Below are positions 13,361 to 27,240 of a stretch of DNA of 64,000 nt, piece after piece. This DNA is from Octopus vulgaris (Eukaryota): NCBI GenBank assembly GCA_951406725.2, contig OX597831.1, forward strand, positions 46,810,001 to 46,874,000, read 5' to 3'. The translations under genes were made by a program, and so were the position numbers. The notes under the pieces are model-generated. The model worked only from the letters and a program-made list of their open reading frames with translations. It was not told where the DNA came from and ran no database searches. Within the stretch, counting starts at the first letter, position 1; each line of letters begins with the position of its first letter.

Positions 13361-13479
13361 TATGCATATGTCCCTTCATTTTCATAATTAGTGTACAAAA
13401 CCTAATCTACATACCGAATTTGAAAACAATTAGAACAAAATTGTAGACAGTGACGATAACCACAAAGATTCAGCGACAT

Positions 13480-13635
13480 TTCGTACATCTTAACGCTCAA
13501 ATTCCATCGAAGTCGACTTTGTTTTCATCCTTACGAAGTTGATGAAATAAGTTCCAGGAGAACTGGAATCGATGTAACCGACTTGTCTCTCTAGCAAAAT
13601 TTCGGGCCTTGTGCCTATACTAGAAAGAATTAATA
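13480..13635 (+). mobile_element. SINE family A, partial
   Basis: CAAATTCCATCGAAGTCGACTTTG...GGCCTTGTGCCTATACTAGAAAG. Confidence 0.7.
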
Positions 13636-13792
13636 TTATTATCTTTTTAAAATATTTTATTGCATGTATATTTTCGCGTGTAATTTGGTAATAAACTAAT
13701 GCGTAAATAAAAGAGGAACTAAAGTATTCATGCAAGCTCTTAAGAGATGTTGCTCAATTTTTCTTTTCACTTAAATTTTATGTTCCTTTTCT

Positions 13793-14276
13793 TTATTACT
13801 TCCACTTTAGCGAAGGCGGAAGTATTATTTTCAGTCGTGTTTGTTTGTTTGTCCGTGGACAAGATATCTCAAGAACCGCTGAATGGATAAAGATTTCAAA
13901 CAACACAAACAAACGGCAGCGAAGCAGTTCAGAAATTAGATGACACTAACATATTCAAGAGTTGCTAAAAGCAGCAGCAGAGGAGGAGGCATTGGTAGTA
14001 ACAACTAATGCTGGACCCTTGAGGGATGATTGATACTATACTGACCACAGAGGGATGAAAAGTAGGCAGGTAGGTAGGTTTAGTTTTGTACGGTTAGGCT
14101 TAGGGTTAGGGTTTTTTAAAAACCCATTTGGCTGTGTTATTCTTTTAACCCCCGCCAAGGAGGTTATGTTTTTGCCGGCATTGGTTTGGGAGATTAGGCG
14201 ATTTTCAGCATGCGTGTATATGGGTGGAAATGAGCCGCTTGGCGGAGGTCTGCGCTCTCCGAGTGCTTTTCTAGTT
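13793..14276 (+). mobile_element. Helentron-associated (HINE/DINE-1-like) non-autonomous element
   Basis: 5' TTACTTCCACTTTAGCGAAGGCGGAAGTA palindrome plus (GTTT)n; internal ACCCCCGCCAAGGAGGTT; 3' CTTGGCGGAGG subTIR, GCGCTC-TCC-GAGTGC hairpin and TTTTCTAGTT. Confidence 0.7.
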
Positions 14277-15267
14277 TATTATTTATTATTATTTTCGTTG
14301 TTACTAAACGTTTTATGTTCATCGAACATACTGGGCTTCGTATATTTTACCCCAGTGTCAATTTGATGGTATGCACTGCTTCCTTGCTCAATAACAATAA
14401 TAACCTGAATATCACCCAATAGAATCTGTATTAATATTCCAACTCAAGACAAAAATGAATACACTGATATTGCATTCCAGTGTCAATTACTGGATGGCTT
14501 AATGTCATTGTTGAATGATACATTCAATCCATCACCTACTTAGTCAAACTATCTGAGCCTTGATTTTCTTTTGGGGAATCCAACTTATTTAGGAATTCGG
14601 GGAAGGTCATTAATCTGAGGAGAGTCATTGGTGACTTCCACATTTTACTACCATTAGTATTCGAGGCCCTGCAAAAAGGTCATGCTATTAAACATTCTTC
14701 TGTCACTTAGAACAAAGCACAAAATAATTAATAGCCACTCCCTTATTGCTGAAAAGAAACAGAAGTCAGTTGTTCAAAGTTCCTACACGGCGATAATGAC
14801 ATCATTAACTAAACATTAAACCCATGATTGCGACCTACGATCAACTCACGGAAATAATCACGGCAACAACAATCAATTCGTACAGATGTTAAAACTGGGA
14901 AGACCTTGAAACCATGATGCAACTAGGAGCATTAATGATGAGAAAAAAACTGCACTGAAGTGAGAAGATATAAAATCATTAATAAAGAAAAATGATGTAT
15001 ACACGTGTGTATATATGTAATTAACATAATGATCTAGAGAGGGTAAAAGAAAGCGACTGGATAAACCAACAAACACGGGGACACATACAAATACATACAA
15101 AGATACCTACAGATATAGAATTACAAAAGCAAACACACACACACAAACACACACACACACACACACACATACACATATATACTCATACGTAGGTACATTC
15201 ACATCCACGAACACACATCTGTTATCGTTTCCCTTATTGCGTGAATATGTGCGTGTATATAGTGTTT

Positions 15268-15635
15268 AACACGTGTTACATACACGAGACATCAGCCATG
15301 TCAAAGAAGCATCTAATTAAAAGAGAACATTACTACGTTTATGAGAATTGTTCATTCGGGTTGGAGACATTTCAAAATTCCCACGTATTCTCTTGTCTTA
15401 CTGTGATATACTCCCTCTACAGTAATAGTCGTTATTGTTGCTGTTGCTACTTTAATTATTGCTTTTCTTTTTTTTATGCGATTTTTTAATGTTATTTTTG
15501 TTACTTGTTTTTTTCTTTTAATTTTCATCAGAATGATTTTAGTTTTTTTTTATTCTGTCGAGGAAAGAAAAAATATTGTAAAAACCAGTCAGATGTCGAT
15601 ATCACGTGATGTACTGTTTTAATGAGTTTTCGAAC
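15268..15635 (+). repeat. Second copy of the 11830-12210 block
   Basis: See 11830; roughly 70-80% identity by eye. Confidence 0.85.
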
Positions 15636-16006
15636 TGGCCTACTTTTGTTTTTGCATTTTTTCTTGTTTTTGTTTGCTATTTTCAGTATAAAATAGTTTC
15701 TTACAGGTATACTTTCACGTGCAACCGGTGATGAAATAATGATGAAACAAAGTGTTACTTAAATTCTCTCTCTCTAAAAAAAAATAATAAAATAATGAAA
15801 AAATTTTCATAATCACGTGAATCTTATTCTTTTTTTTTTTTTTTTTGCTGTGTATTTGATTTTGGCGAATTTTCTTATTTTTGTATTTTTTAAAAATTGA
15901 ACTTTTCCAGTTGTAACTTTATTTATTCTGTTGCTTTGTCCCAGATCAACTCTGATCAAGAACACATTAATAAAGTGTCCTGAATACACACACACACACA
16001 CACACA

Positions 16007-16213
16007 CAGAGTAACACCTCACCATATCGCGGTTCACCTATCGCGGTTTATTATTTAAGTTTACGCCGATTTCTCCGTGGTGTTGTTTAGCATTTATAAT
16101 AAAATGAATATATACAAATTATAGAAATAATTGAAAAAATATATACAGTATTATTTCTACTTCGCAGATTTTCACCTATCGCGCGGGCTTTTGGAACGTA
16201 ACACCCGCGTTAG
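16007..16213 (+). mobile_element. pogo/Tigger-type MITE
   Basis: CAGAGTAACACCTCACCATATCGCGGTTCACCTATCGCGG...TTCACCTATCGCG...GGAACGTAACAC; inverted partial copy at 54235-54357. Confidence 0.6.
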
Positions 16214-16235
16214 TCAAGATATATATATATATATA

Positions 16236-16467
16236 TTAAATAATCAGAAAATGGAGGAAACTTTTGATCAGCAAACAAACAAATTGGACCACATCCTCAT
16301 CTTCATAGGACATTCGACATTGCTCCATCTACTAGATCAAATGTCCTATGAAGATGACGAATATTATTTTCGTCATTCTTTCGTAAGCACCGACTGGCAA
16401 CGGAAGCGGAAACGGCCGTAAGAATTGTTATGTCATAGAAATTTTTCTCCATTTTCTGTTTATTTAA
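16236..16467 (+). mobile_element. Short element with ~29-bp inverted ends and a degenerate hammerhead
   Basis: TTAAATAATCAGAAAATGGAGGAAACTTT vs AAATTTTTCTCCATTTTCTGTTTATTTAA; ATGAAGA (16348)...GAAA-CGGCCG-TA-AGAA (16409-16424). Confidence 0.5.
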
Positions 16468-16494
16468 ATTTGATTTCTGATAAACTTTTGTTTA

Positions 16495-16790
16495 GTGAAA
16501 ATCGACCCAGTACTCATGCTTTAAGTCTGGTATTATTTCATCTGCCCCTTTTTCCGATCTGCTACGTTACGGAGACGTAATGAAACCAACAGGCGATGGT
16601 GGTGGAACAGACACAACGACAAAGACATACACACATCACACATAGACATACATATGTCAGGTTTCCACACAACTTCCATCTACTATAATCACTCACAAGG
16701 CATTAGTAGAAGACACTTGCCCAAGATACCGCGCAATGAGACTGAACTCGAAACCGTATGTTTGCAAAACGACATCCTTAACCACACGGT
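16495..16790 (-). mobile_element. SINE family B, diverged
   Basis: TAGTAGAAGACACTTGCCCAAGA...GACTGAACTCGAAACC. Confidence 0.7.
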
Positions 16791-17213
16791 CGCACGTAAA
16801 ATGTTTCCTCCATGGGGACACATATTTCCAAGAAGGTCATAGGCTATATGACCGTTTTATTTTATTCTAAATATAAGTATGAGTATTTTTATGAAATCAG
16901 ACTAATCATAAATTGCAATTGCATTCATTACGATTTTGTTATGTACACAAAATGAAAAAAAGAAAATTGTTTGGAAAATAAATTTCAACTATTCGTAATC
17001 TGCATTGTTTACTACCTTTGGGTTACTAGGAACACGCAAATTTTATTTTTAATATTAAAATTCCTACTGAATGTCATGCTAAATTATTAATGAAGTATAT
17101 TGGAACTAATTTGAACAATTTTTTTGTATGGCTGTATGGAAATATAAAATGTATTTTCTATGGACTAAAATTAATTTTGCACGTGTCCTTAAAAAAATGT
17201 TTGTCCCATTCCT

Positions 17214-17423
17214 TTAACCCTTTGCTTGTCCCGTGTATTGCATGTGATATACAGGACATATTTCCCTAGCGTCCATGCATCATATGATATACGTTCCCAA
17301 TTATTTTTTCAACCACTAGTGTAATTTTAGACTTATGAAAGGTAAATTTAACATTTCTCAGAACGAATGAAACTAAAAGTCCGAAAACATGTATGGAATT
17401 GCTTTGGACAGGCAAAAAGTTAA
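17214..17423. mobile_element. piggyBac-type MITE
   Basis: TTAA-CCCTTTGCTTGTCC ... GGACAGGCAAAAAG-TTAA: 14-bp imperfect TIR with TTAA on both sides. Confidence 0.65.
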
Positions 17424-17650
17424 AACATCTTACAATTAATCAGAAGTCGATAAAATATTGTGCAACGAATCAGGAGTCGATAAAACAAAAAGCATATTGT
17501 AAGCATATTGGCGGATTAGTTAAGCTGTCGAACAAAAGGATTTGTTTCAGTTCTTTGCGCTCTGAGTTCAAATCATACCGTGGGCAATATTTGAAACAAT
17601 CCATCCCATTAAAACAGTAACAAATGAAGTAACTGAGATATCTAAACACC

Positions 17651-17709
<59 letters not shown>

Positions 17710-18089
17710 CTGGCTCGCTAGATGGATAGATGAATGGATAGTATCACCACTATATCACGTTGATTGGTTTGAATACATCAATTAATGTACAAGAATAAAC
17801 TTTTCCCGTTTCCTGTGCCTAACATAACTTTCTCTCTAACACCCAGCAGTTTCAAGGACCCTGAAAACTATTAGGGGTCATGGACTCAGCCGTTCTATGT
17901 CTGATGAATCACAAGAACAAAGAAACAAAAAATTGCTCGGTAGTTACATACGCTATCACTTTTTAGTTGTCTTACTCCTTTAAATTCTTAATGGTAAGAA
18001 TCATGTAATAAATCATATCTGTTAAGTAACATGGAGCAAATCTCCTGGCAATTTTCACACACACACACACATACACACACACACACATA

Positions 18090-18189
<100 letters not shown>

Positions 18190-19039
18190 GCAAGAGAGAG
18201 AGAGGATGACTTGTGGTACTTGTTCATCTCTGTTCTGTGAGTTCGAACACCACTGACCAACTTTTTCTATCATCTTTTAGCCATCAATAAAAAGAATAAT
18301 TATCCAGTGCGGTAGATTGGTAGAGGTGTTGGAGTTCTAAGTAGAATCCTCTTTGACATATTGGTTGTGGATGAAATTGCATGCATGCGTATCTACTTGT
18401 CTTACACAAAAAAAAAAAACAGTCTTTCCCAGGCCTACACTTTGCAGAACTTTCGTTGTAACTGTTTCTCTAGTATATATAAGTGTCTGTGTATGTGGTT
18501 TTGTGTTATCTGTGTATCTGTGTGTGCCCGTGTGCGTGTGTGTGCGTGCGAGTATGTATCTTAGTAAATTGCGCGCCTTTATTATTCATAGGTATTATAG
18601 ATAGAGACAACACGTGGCTGCCTGTACATAACTCGCTCGTCTTTTTTGGACGTACACACATGAACTATGGGTGACACTAAAAAACAAAAACAAAGTTATT
18701 GAGGGAAAATTTTCCATAACACACATTAACTGAAAATATTTATGTGGAAGAGAAAGTTTCAAAGGTCTGGGTCACCAGCTCATGTCCCATCACCAGATCA
18801 AGACACTTAACGTTCACTTGTCCTGTTCAGCTAGTTATATAATTTGTAGGTTTAGTTCAGCCGCAGGTCAGCGCTGATCGAATAGACATATCATCAAAGA
18901 CGTTCTTGACCGTCACAGCCCTTGTTATCTAATAAATAAATTATCTGGGACTATTCGGCAATGTACACTTCCGATTTGTTTTTAAACGGCATTGTGTAAG
19001 TTGTATATCTGTCGGTCTGTTTGCATGTATGCATGTATG

Positions 19040-19260
19040 TATGTAAGTATATATATTTCTGCCTGTCTGTATTTATGTATGTATGTATGTATGTATGTAT
19101 GTATGTATGTATGTATGTATGTATGTATGTGTGTATGTATATATATTTCTGCCTGTCTGTATTTATGTATGTATGTATGTATGTATGTATGTATGTATGT
19201 ATGTATGTATGTATGTATATATATTTCTGCCTGTCTGTATTTATGTATGTATGCTTGTAT
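19040..19260. repeat. Higher-order tandem repeat: 3 x [ATATATTTCTGCCTGTCTGTATTT + (ATGT)n]
   Basis: Directly visible. Confidence 0.85.
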
Positions 19261-19645
19261 GTATTGAGTGGTAAATCAAAGAAATGGTAGTTTCCATATT
19301 CGCATGATGTTAATATAATGTATTTATGTATTGAATGTTTGTTTGCTCGAAAGACCAATTCAGAACGACGAATATAATTAACACATCTCCGCCACATAAT
19401 TTTATGCATTTTACACACGGTTGCGCTAAGTATATTTCATTTGCATTGTCTTCCGTGTGAATAGGAAGAACTAAAACCTGTTGGGATCTGATTAAGGTGA
19501 CTTAAGTAGGGTCAAGTTCTGTCTGTTGTCAGTTGTCAAACTTGTCTTGGAGTATGTTGATTGTTTAAAGAGTGAAGAAGACAAGAGTGTATCTGTCTTC
19601 GTTGGCAAAACGCCCTATCTCCCACATTATCCTTTTTCTCTATTC

Positions 19646-19723
<78 letters not shown>

Positions 19724-20220
19724 ATCTATCTATCTATCATCTACCTACCTAACTACCTACTTAGCTTTCTGTTTATCCAGTTAGCTTTATTAATAAAGGC
19801 GATGATTACCGACCATTTTACGGTCATCTGGAAGCCAGGTCAGCCCATGTAATGCACACACACTAAAACACACATCCATACAGAAACACACTCACACATA
19901 CATACGTACGTGTATAGATACATGTATACATACATACGTACGTACGTACATACATACATGCGCACATGCACGCAGTTACATACACATAATATATATTTAT
20001 ATAAATAAGGTTAAGATCGTTATTTAAACACCGATATTATCAAGTAGCCAGCATGGGAATAAAAACCTTCAAAGGTAATAATTATTATTAAAATTATAAT
20101 TTAGAGTATCTAAGAGATACTGCCACGCTGGAAATAGCAGCCAAAACTTGACTCTAAAACCACATTAAATGTTCATACAGCACCAGGGACAAAATAAACT
20201 AGCAAAAAAATTACTGGATA

Positions 20221-20279
20221 ATTCCAGGTCCCGGATTTCTGGCTCTGCATAAGAAATGCTCTGCCTTCATCAGTGGAAT
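20221..20279 (-). ncRNA. Minimal type-I hammerhead ribozyme motif, within an (AT)n-flanked ~300-bp segment at ~20000-20300
   Basis: Minus strand: ATTCCA-CTGATGA-A-GGC-AGA-GCAT-TTCTT-ATGC-AGA-GCC-A-GAAA-TCCGGGA-CC-TGGAAT; 6-bp stem I; U16.1 is replaced by C. Confidence 0.7.
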
Positions 20280-20300
20280 ATACTCAGAAAGCACATAAAT

Positions 20301-20351
<51 letters not shown>

Positions 20352-20364
20352 ACATACGAATATT

Positions 20365-20413
<49 letters not shown>

Positions 20414-20479
20414 GAACGTATACAAACATATATATGCACGAATGCATATTATATATGTATATACATGCATATTAATATA

Positions 20480-21696
20480 TTAGTCAAGTCATAAATAATT
20501 TCCTTTTTTTTTTAAGTAAACTGTAACGATGCGTTTCGAACTTCAGGTGCTTAAAATTGAAATGGAAGCTACCGTTTTTAAAAGAGTCCCATCTGTCATT
20601 CATATTTAAGCAGTGAAAGCATGCACATCATATTTTGATATTATGTTTCCTTTTAAATGGATGAGCTGAAAGTGTGGGAGTTTAAGAATGTAGGGAAAAA
20701 AAGCAGCAGAAGCAGCAAAGAGAATATGCAGTGTTTATAGCCAAGGTGTCATTTCTGAACGGCAAGTGCGAAATTGGTTTTCAAAGTTTTGTTCCGGAGA
20801 TTTGTAATTGAGAGACAGCTCAGACCATGACGCTCATCAGACTTCGATCAAGAAATTTTAAGTTAGTGGAATTCAATTCTCATAAAAATACTCAGCAATT
20901 AGCAATTGATCTTAACACATCCTAATCCACTATCTGTCGTCAGTTGGAAAAATAGGAAGATTCAGCAAGAATTGGTCCCCCATACTGTTAGTGAGAAGAA
21001 TGGAGAAGATCGCATGTCCATAGAGACAATTTTGTTTTCAAGGCAGAGAAATTACCTGCTTCTGAATAGTGATTACAGGTGATGAAAAATGGGTCTATAC
21101 TCAGACAAAGATAAATCTCCACAACCTCCCTCAAAGGCTGAGATCCATTGGACGTAGGTTATGTTGCGTGTGTATGGAATCATTGCAGTATTGTTCATTT
21201 TGAGTTTTTAAACCGCTATCGAACACTTAATGCCAACTTATACTTTCAACAGGTGCAACGTCTGCATGAAAATCTTTTAAGAAACTGCCCTGCACTCGTC
21301 AATAGGAGAAACGCTGTGCTTCTTTATGATATCATAAGACTACATTCAGCAAGAATCACGCAAGCTAAAATATTGGATTTGGGCTGGTCTGTTCTACCCC
21401 ATCCACCATGTTTACCAGATCTTGCACCAATTGATTTCTATCTTTTTCGCTCTCTACAAAATGCTCTGATGGAGAAAAAAATTTCCTCAAGAAGACCAGG
21501 TGAAAATGTATGTAGAAAACTTCTTCATGAGGAAGCTAGGTGAATTTTACTCGAGAGGAATCAAAAAGCTACATGATAAATTGTAAGAGGTCATTCAAAA
21601 TAATAGCAAATATAATGACAATTAAACTAATTCTTTGTAAAAAATTTTCATAAGAGGTGTTTAACAAAACAGAAAACTATTTATGACTCAATCCAA
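20480..21696 (+). mobile_element. Full-length decayed mariner (DD34D) transposon
   Basis: Imperfect TIRs (AGTCATAAATAATTTCC / GAAAACTATTTATGACT), ~1.2 kb; motifs LVPHTVSE (WVPHEL-like), ITGDEKWV and HPPCLPDLAPIDFYLFRSLQN; frameshifts and stops. Confidence 0.9.
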
Positions 21697-21760
21697 TGTA
21701 TGTGCGTGTGTATACATACATACATTCATACATACATACATACATACATACATACATACA

Positions 21761-21794
<34 letters not shown>

Positions 21795-22376
21795 CATACA
21801 TACATACATACATACATACATACATACACACACATATATATATATATATACACACACACATATTGACATACACACACTCACACGTACACACACACACATA
21901 TATATATACACACACACACACACATACATTGACATATACATATTTGTGGAATTTGGTTACGACTTCCCTTTGACACGTATTGTAATAAAGTGACGTCGTC
22001 CATAAACCTGGTTTTTGTATTTTGAGTCAAGTTCTTTTTCTTCCTTTATTTTTTTCTTTTAAAATTCAAAAGCCATACATTACATTAATACACGCTTGGC
22101 TGGCAAATAAAAAAATAACGCTATTAAATTTATTCTGCATACAACATTTAGAAGTGACTCACATACTTTTATATCAACAATTTATTTAAACGTCGCTTTA
22201 AAATTATCCAACGAAGAAAAATTGGTGACGAAACACCAAATATTTTGTTACTTTAACAAAAAGAAAAAAGTGAAAGTTTATTGGAGCAATCCTCATAACC
22301 GCGATATCTGCAGATACTCAACTGAATCTAAGGAGCACTTTAAAATTTAACACATTTAGCCATGCACACTACATTT

Positions 22377-23045
22377 CGTCAAGTCAGGTCAGATGCAGAA
22401 GCATACACCGTTGCAGTGCATTGCTGCAGTCATCATTTGTCGGTATATTCCCGGTCTCTGCCGGGTGACATGTCAAGTACAGGCCCAGTTAGTCCGCGTC
22501 TCTGCAAGATGCTAACTCATCTGCCGAGGCCACGTTGCATGTGCTCAACCAGCACGAGCCGTCAACCCATCCTGATCCTCGGTGAAAATAACACGGTAGG
22601 CAAGATCTAACTCGGAAAATCGAGCATCATGACAAAAACAGTCAGAACCGGCGCTTCTAAATCATATACTTAACAGAGGGTGCATCTCAGTTTCTGAGTA
22701 GGGCCGTTAGTTGGATACGAAATCCGATTAATGATAACCCATAATCCTGCGGAGTGTCATGGTACTGAAGGAGTTCAGGCGGTTCCTGAGGGCCCCAGGC
22801 AGTGTCCAAGTTTCGCAACTATAGAACAAGACAAGGAGAACCAAGGATCTAAAGACCCAGACCTTTGTCCCCCTGCACAGATATTGGCAACGCTAAACAC
22901 GCTTGACTAATGAGTCCACGACTGCACCAGCTCATCCTAGTCTTTTTAGGACTTCAGACTCGCAGATAATGCCGCTACGAATCCCTGCCGAGATAAGTGA
23001 AGCGGTCAACAACTTCAATATTCTCATCCACAACAGGAAATGAGG
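22377..23045 (-). mobile_element. RTE-clade LINE, 3' end, decayed
   Basis: Minus strand gives ENIEVVDRFTYLG and TKVWVFRSLVLLVLFYSCETWTL...LRRIMGY; ends in short repeats TGACCTGACTTGAC. Confidence 0.85.
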
Positions 23046-23299
23046 TCGAGTCCTCCAAGAAGCCAAAGGAAGGACTGGATTTTTGTTTTTACCCAAGAAA
23101 CTCTAATTTAATTTATATATAACCAGTTTCTAAATACATGGAAATTCTTGGGTCCGAGTATGATGTGTCTCTGCATCCACTCATCACTTCACTTTTTCAT
23201 TGGTTCCGGTCCTGAAAATGAGATGATCCTGATTGGAATACATTTAAACCCTAGGTATCCTTAATCAGTGCTGATGTAAAACCAAACAACAACAACCAC

Positions 23300-23336
<37 letters not shown>

Positions 23337-23410
23337 CCTTCCAATTTCAAAATGGTACTAGCTCTCAGCCAGAATTTACCAATCTTTGCCGATCTATTAA
23401 ACTTCAATTA

Positions 23411-24270
23411 CCGTATTTATGGATATGTATAAGACCCACTTCTGCATAGAGGGCGCGTCCCTAATTACGAAGGTTATTTTTCAAAGAAAAAAAAAGCAGT
23501 TTTAGAGTATTCCATCATCTAATGGAAATGATTTAAGAGTGGTTTTGTGTGTAACACATATTTTGTACATGTGTTATTCCATTAAATTATTGTCCCTGTA
23601 CATAACCTGTGTAAAAGCAATATTTTTCTTGCATCCCCTTGTTACATTCCACCTTCATGCAGCCTTGCAATCATTTATTTTTGAGATATCAAAATGCTGC
23701 AAGTGACTGGTTAGACCTGGTATTATAGCTAACTGAATTTTATCCCTATTTCCTTTTTTCAAATTTAGCCATATGATCCAGAAACGTATAACAAACTTAT
23801 AAAATAGCTATATTTAATAAACCATGATGACCCTGGGCCAGACTTTGCATTTCTACAGTTTCCTTCCCCGATTTCCAATCCAATCTTTTACATGTACATT
23901 GGGTATGCTTACTTTAAACAATATTCTCCAGTTATAAATTAGAAAAGCTGGCAATTTTGTGCTATCGTTGCATCAATTTAAAACAACTGTGTCTTCTCTT
24001 GACCACATATGTCAACGGCCACAGATTTGTATCTTCTTTTCTTACTTCAAATATCGGAGGAACTTCACTCATATTTGCTGTTAGTACAAATTCAAAATGA
24101 TTTTCTTTTCATGCACCACTCACCTACCTATGAAGCTCAATGAGCTCATGTTCTTATTCATGACTTAAATCTGGAATACCATGAGCCTGGTTTTTTAAAC
24201 CATCGATATTTCTGTGTTACAAGAAGTTATGAATAATGGATAATCACTTTGGCGGACACTAAAATATGCA
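23411..24270 (-). pseudogene. pogo-family (DDE_1) transposase relic with one TIR
   Basis: Minus-strand motifs ANMSEVPPIF, GQEKT..VVL, KLPAFLI, PGLTSHLQHFDIS; TA-CCGTATTTATGGATATGTATAAGAC end at 23409. Confidence 0.7.
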
Positions 24271-24439
24271 TACCTTTCTTTTTTATCTATTACACATGTA
24301 TTTAATTCTCCTTCGGGTTCTGGTTCTGGTTATTCGACAATTCCTTCATGGAAACAGTGTTTCAGCCGATCTTGTTTCCCCAAGTTCTTACAATTTTACC
24401 AGTTAACGGTGGACCAAACAATTACACAGACATACAGGC

Positions 24440-24640
<201 letters not shown>

Positions 24641-24652
24641 AGACACCTATCT

Positions 24653-24842
24653 TCGCCATGATAGATTACTAGCCACTACACACATTTTTTCTCTCCTTGT
24701 TTCTTTCCGTGTTCCTTTCTGTGGAAGAGTGTAGGCTCGAAACGTTAAATACTTTTTCAATTCCCGAGCGTTAAACTAATACATCTGTTTGTTTTCTACA
24801 CCACCTGTCTTCGTATTTTGCTTTTTTATGAATTCTCCCCCT
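24653..24842 (+). mobile_element. Copy 2 of the 1856 hammerhead-like repeat
   Basis: CGCCATGATAGAT...CTGTGGAA-GAGT-GTAG-GCTC-GAAA-CG-TT-AAA; inserted in (GATA)n. Confidence 0.7.
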
Positions 24843-24860
24843 AGACAGATAGATAGATAA

Positions 24861-24961
<101 letters not shown>

Positions 24962-25274
24962 CAGCAATGCAGTAAATATAGAATGACTCTAAGAAGTTTG
25001 GCAATGCTCTTATTATGCAGTGCTAACGTCTACGATGTTGATGATGATGATGAAGAGGAGAGGAGAAGGAGGCAGGGAGGGAAAAGAGATGGTTGGTGTG
25101 ATGGTGGTGGAAGAAGAGATGGAGATGGTGAATGAAGAATCAAATTCTAAGAAAAGAACAAATCAATTAAATGATATGGGAATATATTTAAATAATGAAA
25201 TAAGTTTCGACCTTCAAACATGAATGATTATCTGCAGAGGATATAAATATATCTCACTATTTCGTATTGTATGA

Positions 25275-25503
25275 GCTGGCAAGGGAGGCATCTGTATGTT
25301 CACTCGACATACTAGATATAGCAGTCAAATCTCCTTTAAACCGAACTCTTCTGGCTTTTAAAGAAAGAAGAAAATGCAACACCTTTTACTTAATGTATTT
25401 CAGGCATCTTGGCAACGTTGAAAAAAACGACATGATAACGTCTGGAATGTCTTTGATCATAGGTTTGCTCGATCGAGTTTGGCCTGGGGTTAAACAACAG
25501 CAA
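25275..25503 (+). mobile_element. 3' part of a further SINE-like family
   Basis: Tail GTCTTTGATCATAGGTTTGCTCGATC...CCTGGGGTTAAACAAC also seen inverted at ~18850-18920. Confidence 0.45.
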
Positions 25504-26780
25504 AGTCTGCTACTACAGCAGTGAAGCACTTTGCATACTTTACAATGCCTCTATATAATGCACATTTGTTTAACATCAATTACTATCAAGATACGAAGAA
25601 ATAATTGATAATCTGTCTATCTATGGAAAACTTGGCAGATCCGTCTAATTTTTCCATCATTTTTTTTTCTTTCAAACAATGCGATCATAACTTAATAAAT
25701 AGATTTTACAATATATCATGTTATATATTATATGATAATATATTATGTATGAAGATTTGAATTCTTTGCATTATATTATATATGGAAATTTGAATTTAAT
25801 ATCAGCTCTTACCATTCACTATGGTCTTGGCAACAATTACTTAGGATTCTTTCAACGTCATCTTTATTCTGCTTCAGTTTTTTTTTTATGAATGAACGCT
25901 TTTTTTATGCTTTAAGCAGATACAATTAAATTGTTTGATAACGATGATGATGATTATTTTGGGAATGGTAGGAACATGGTTATTGTTATAGCTATGGTGA
26001 ATAATATCATTGTGATTATGACAGAGAATAAGCATCAACATGACGATGGTCAGCGTTGTCTTCAGATTCACGAGCACGATGGTGACGACGACAACGACGA
26101 CCACGATGACGAGTAAGATGAGAATGGAGAAGATGAAGAGGATAATCATTATCTGACTTATAATGACGATGGTGATGACAACGGCGACGACGACGACGAC
26201 CACCACAACAACTACAACGATAATAATGATAAGGATGAGGACGACGAAGACAAAGAGGGTTGAGCATCATCGTCAGACTCATGATGGCGATGATGATGAC
26301 AAAACAATGAGGAGGAGGAGGAGGAGATGAGAAAACGACGTGTGGGTGGAGGAAGATGAAAACACGGGAGAGGTTAGGAGGAAGAAGGGGAGACTAGAAT
26401 GAGTATTAAGTGTTGCTACTTCTTTAAATGAATGTTGACATTGAAAGGGTTTCAAATGGGAATTTGTAATGTTGTTAGTTCGAGGTATTTCCGAAAGTCA
26501 TTAGCAATATAAGTGAAGCTAAATATAAATGATTGCTAAGAAATTGCTAACGTATAGTGATGGACACGAACAGCAAGCAGAGCAACAACTAAAAATAGTA
26601 ATAACCATACCAGTAATGAAACACAGTAATAATTAACCAAAGAAATAAGTATCCACAGAAATAACTGGCCATAGTGGTAACAATAGTAATAATTAAACAT
26701 AGTAGTAATTAACCATAGTAATAATTAACCACATTAGTGATTAATCACAGTAATAACTGATTAGTAATACATCGTATTAC

Positions 26781-26980
26781 TGGCAGAATCATTAGCAAGC
26801 TGCGCAAAATGTTTAGTGGCATTGCGTTCGTGTTGTGAGTTCAAATCCCACTGGGGTCGACTTTTCCTTTTATCTTTCGGGAGTCAATAAAATAAGTACC
26901 AATTGAGCACTGGGGGTCGATGTAATCGACATAACCCGTCCCCCACACTTACTGGCCGTGTTCCAAAATTTAAAATCAAT
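26781..26980 (+). mobile_element. SINE family A
   Basis: TGGCAGAATCATTAGC...GAGTTCAAATCCC...GGGGTCGATGTAATCGAC. Confidence 0.85.
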
Positions 26981-27025
26981 ATTTTATCCATAGTAATATC
27001 TAATAACTAGCCATAGTAGTTAATA

Positions 27026-27240
27026 ATGGTTTCAAATTTTGTCACAAGGGCAGCCATTTTGTGGGAGAGGATTTGTGAGTACATGGGCACCAGTATTCAA
27101 CTGGTACTTAATTTATCGATCCTGAAAGGATGAAAGCAACAGTCGACCTCAGCGGAATTTGAACTCAGAACGTAGCGACGGCCGAAATATTGCTAAGCAT
27201 TTATCCCGGCGTGCTAACGAGTCTGCCAGTTCGCCGCCTT
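27026..27240 (-). mobile_element. SINE family A (inverted, adjacent to the 26781 copy)
   Basis: Reverse complement of the family A consensus. Confidence 0.88.

Noticed and set aside
14095-14112. Interstitial telomere (TTAGGG)
   Set aside because: Only two to three units, inside a Helentron-like element.
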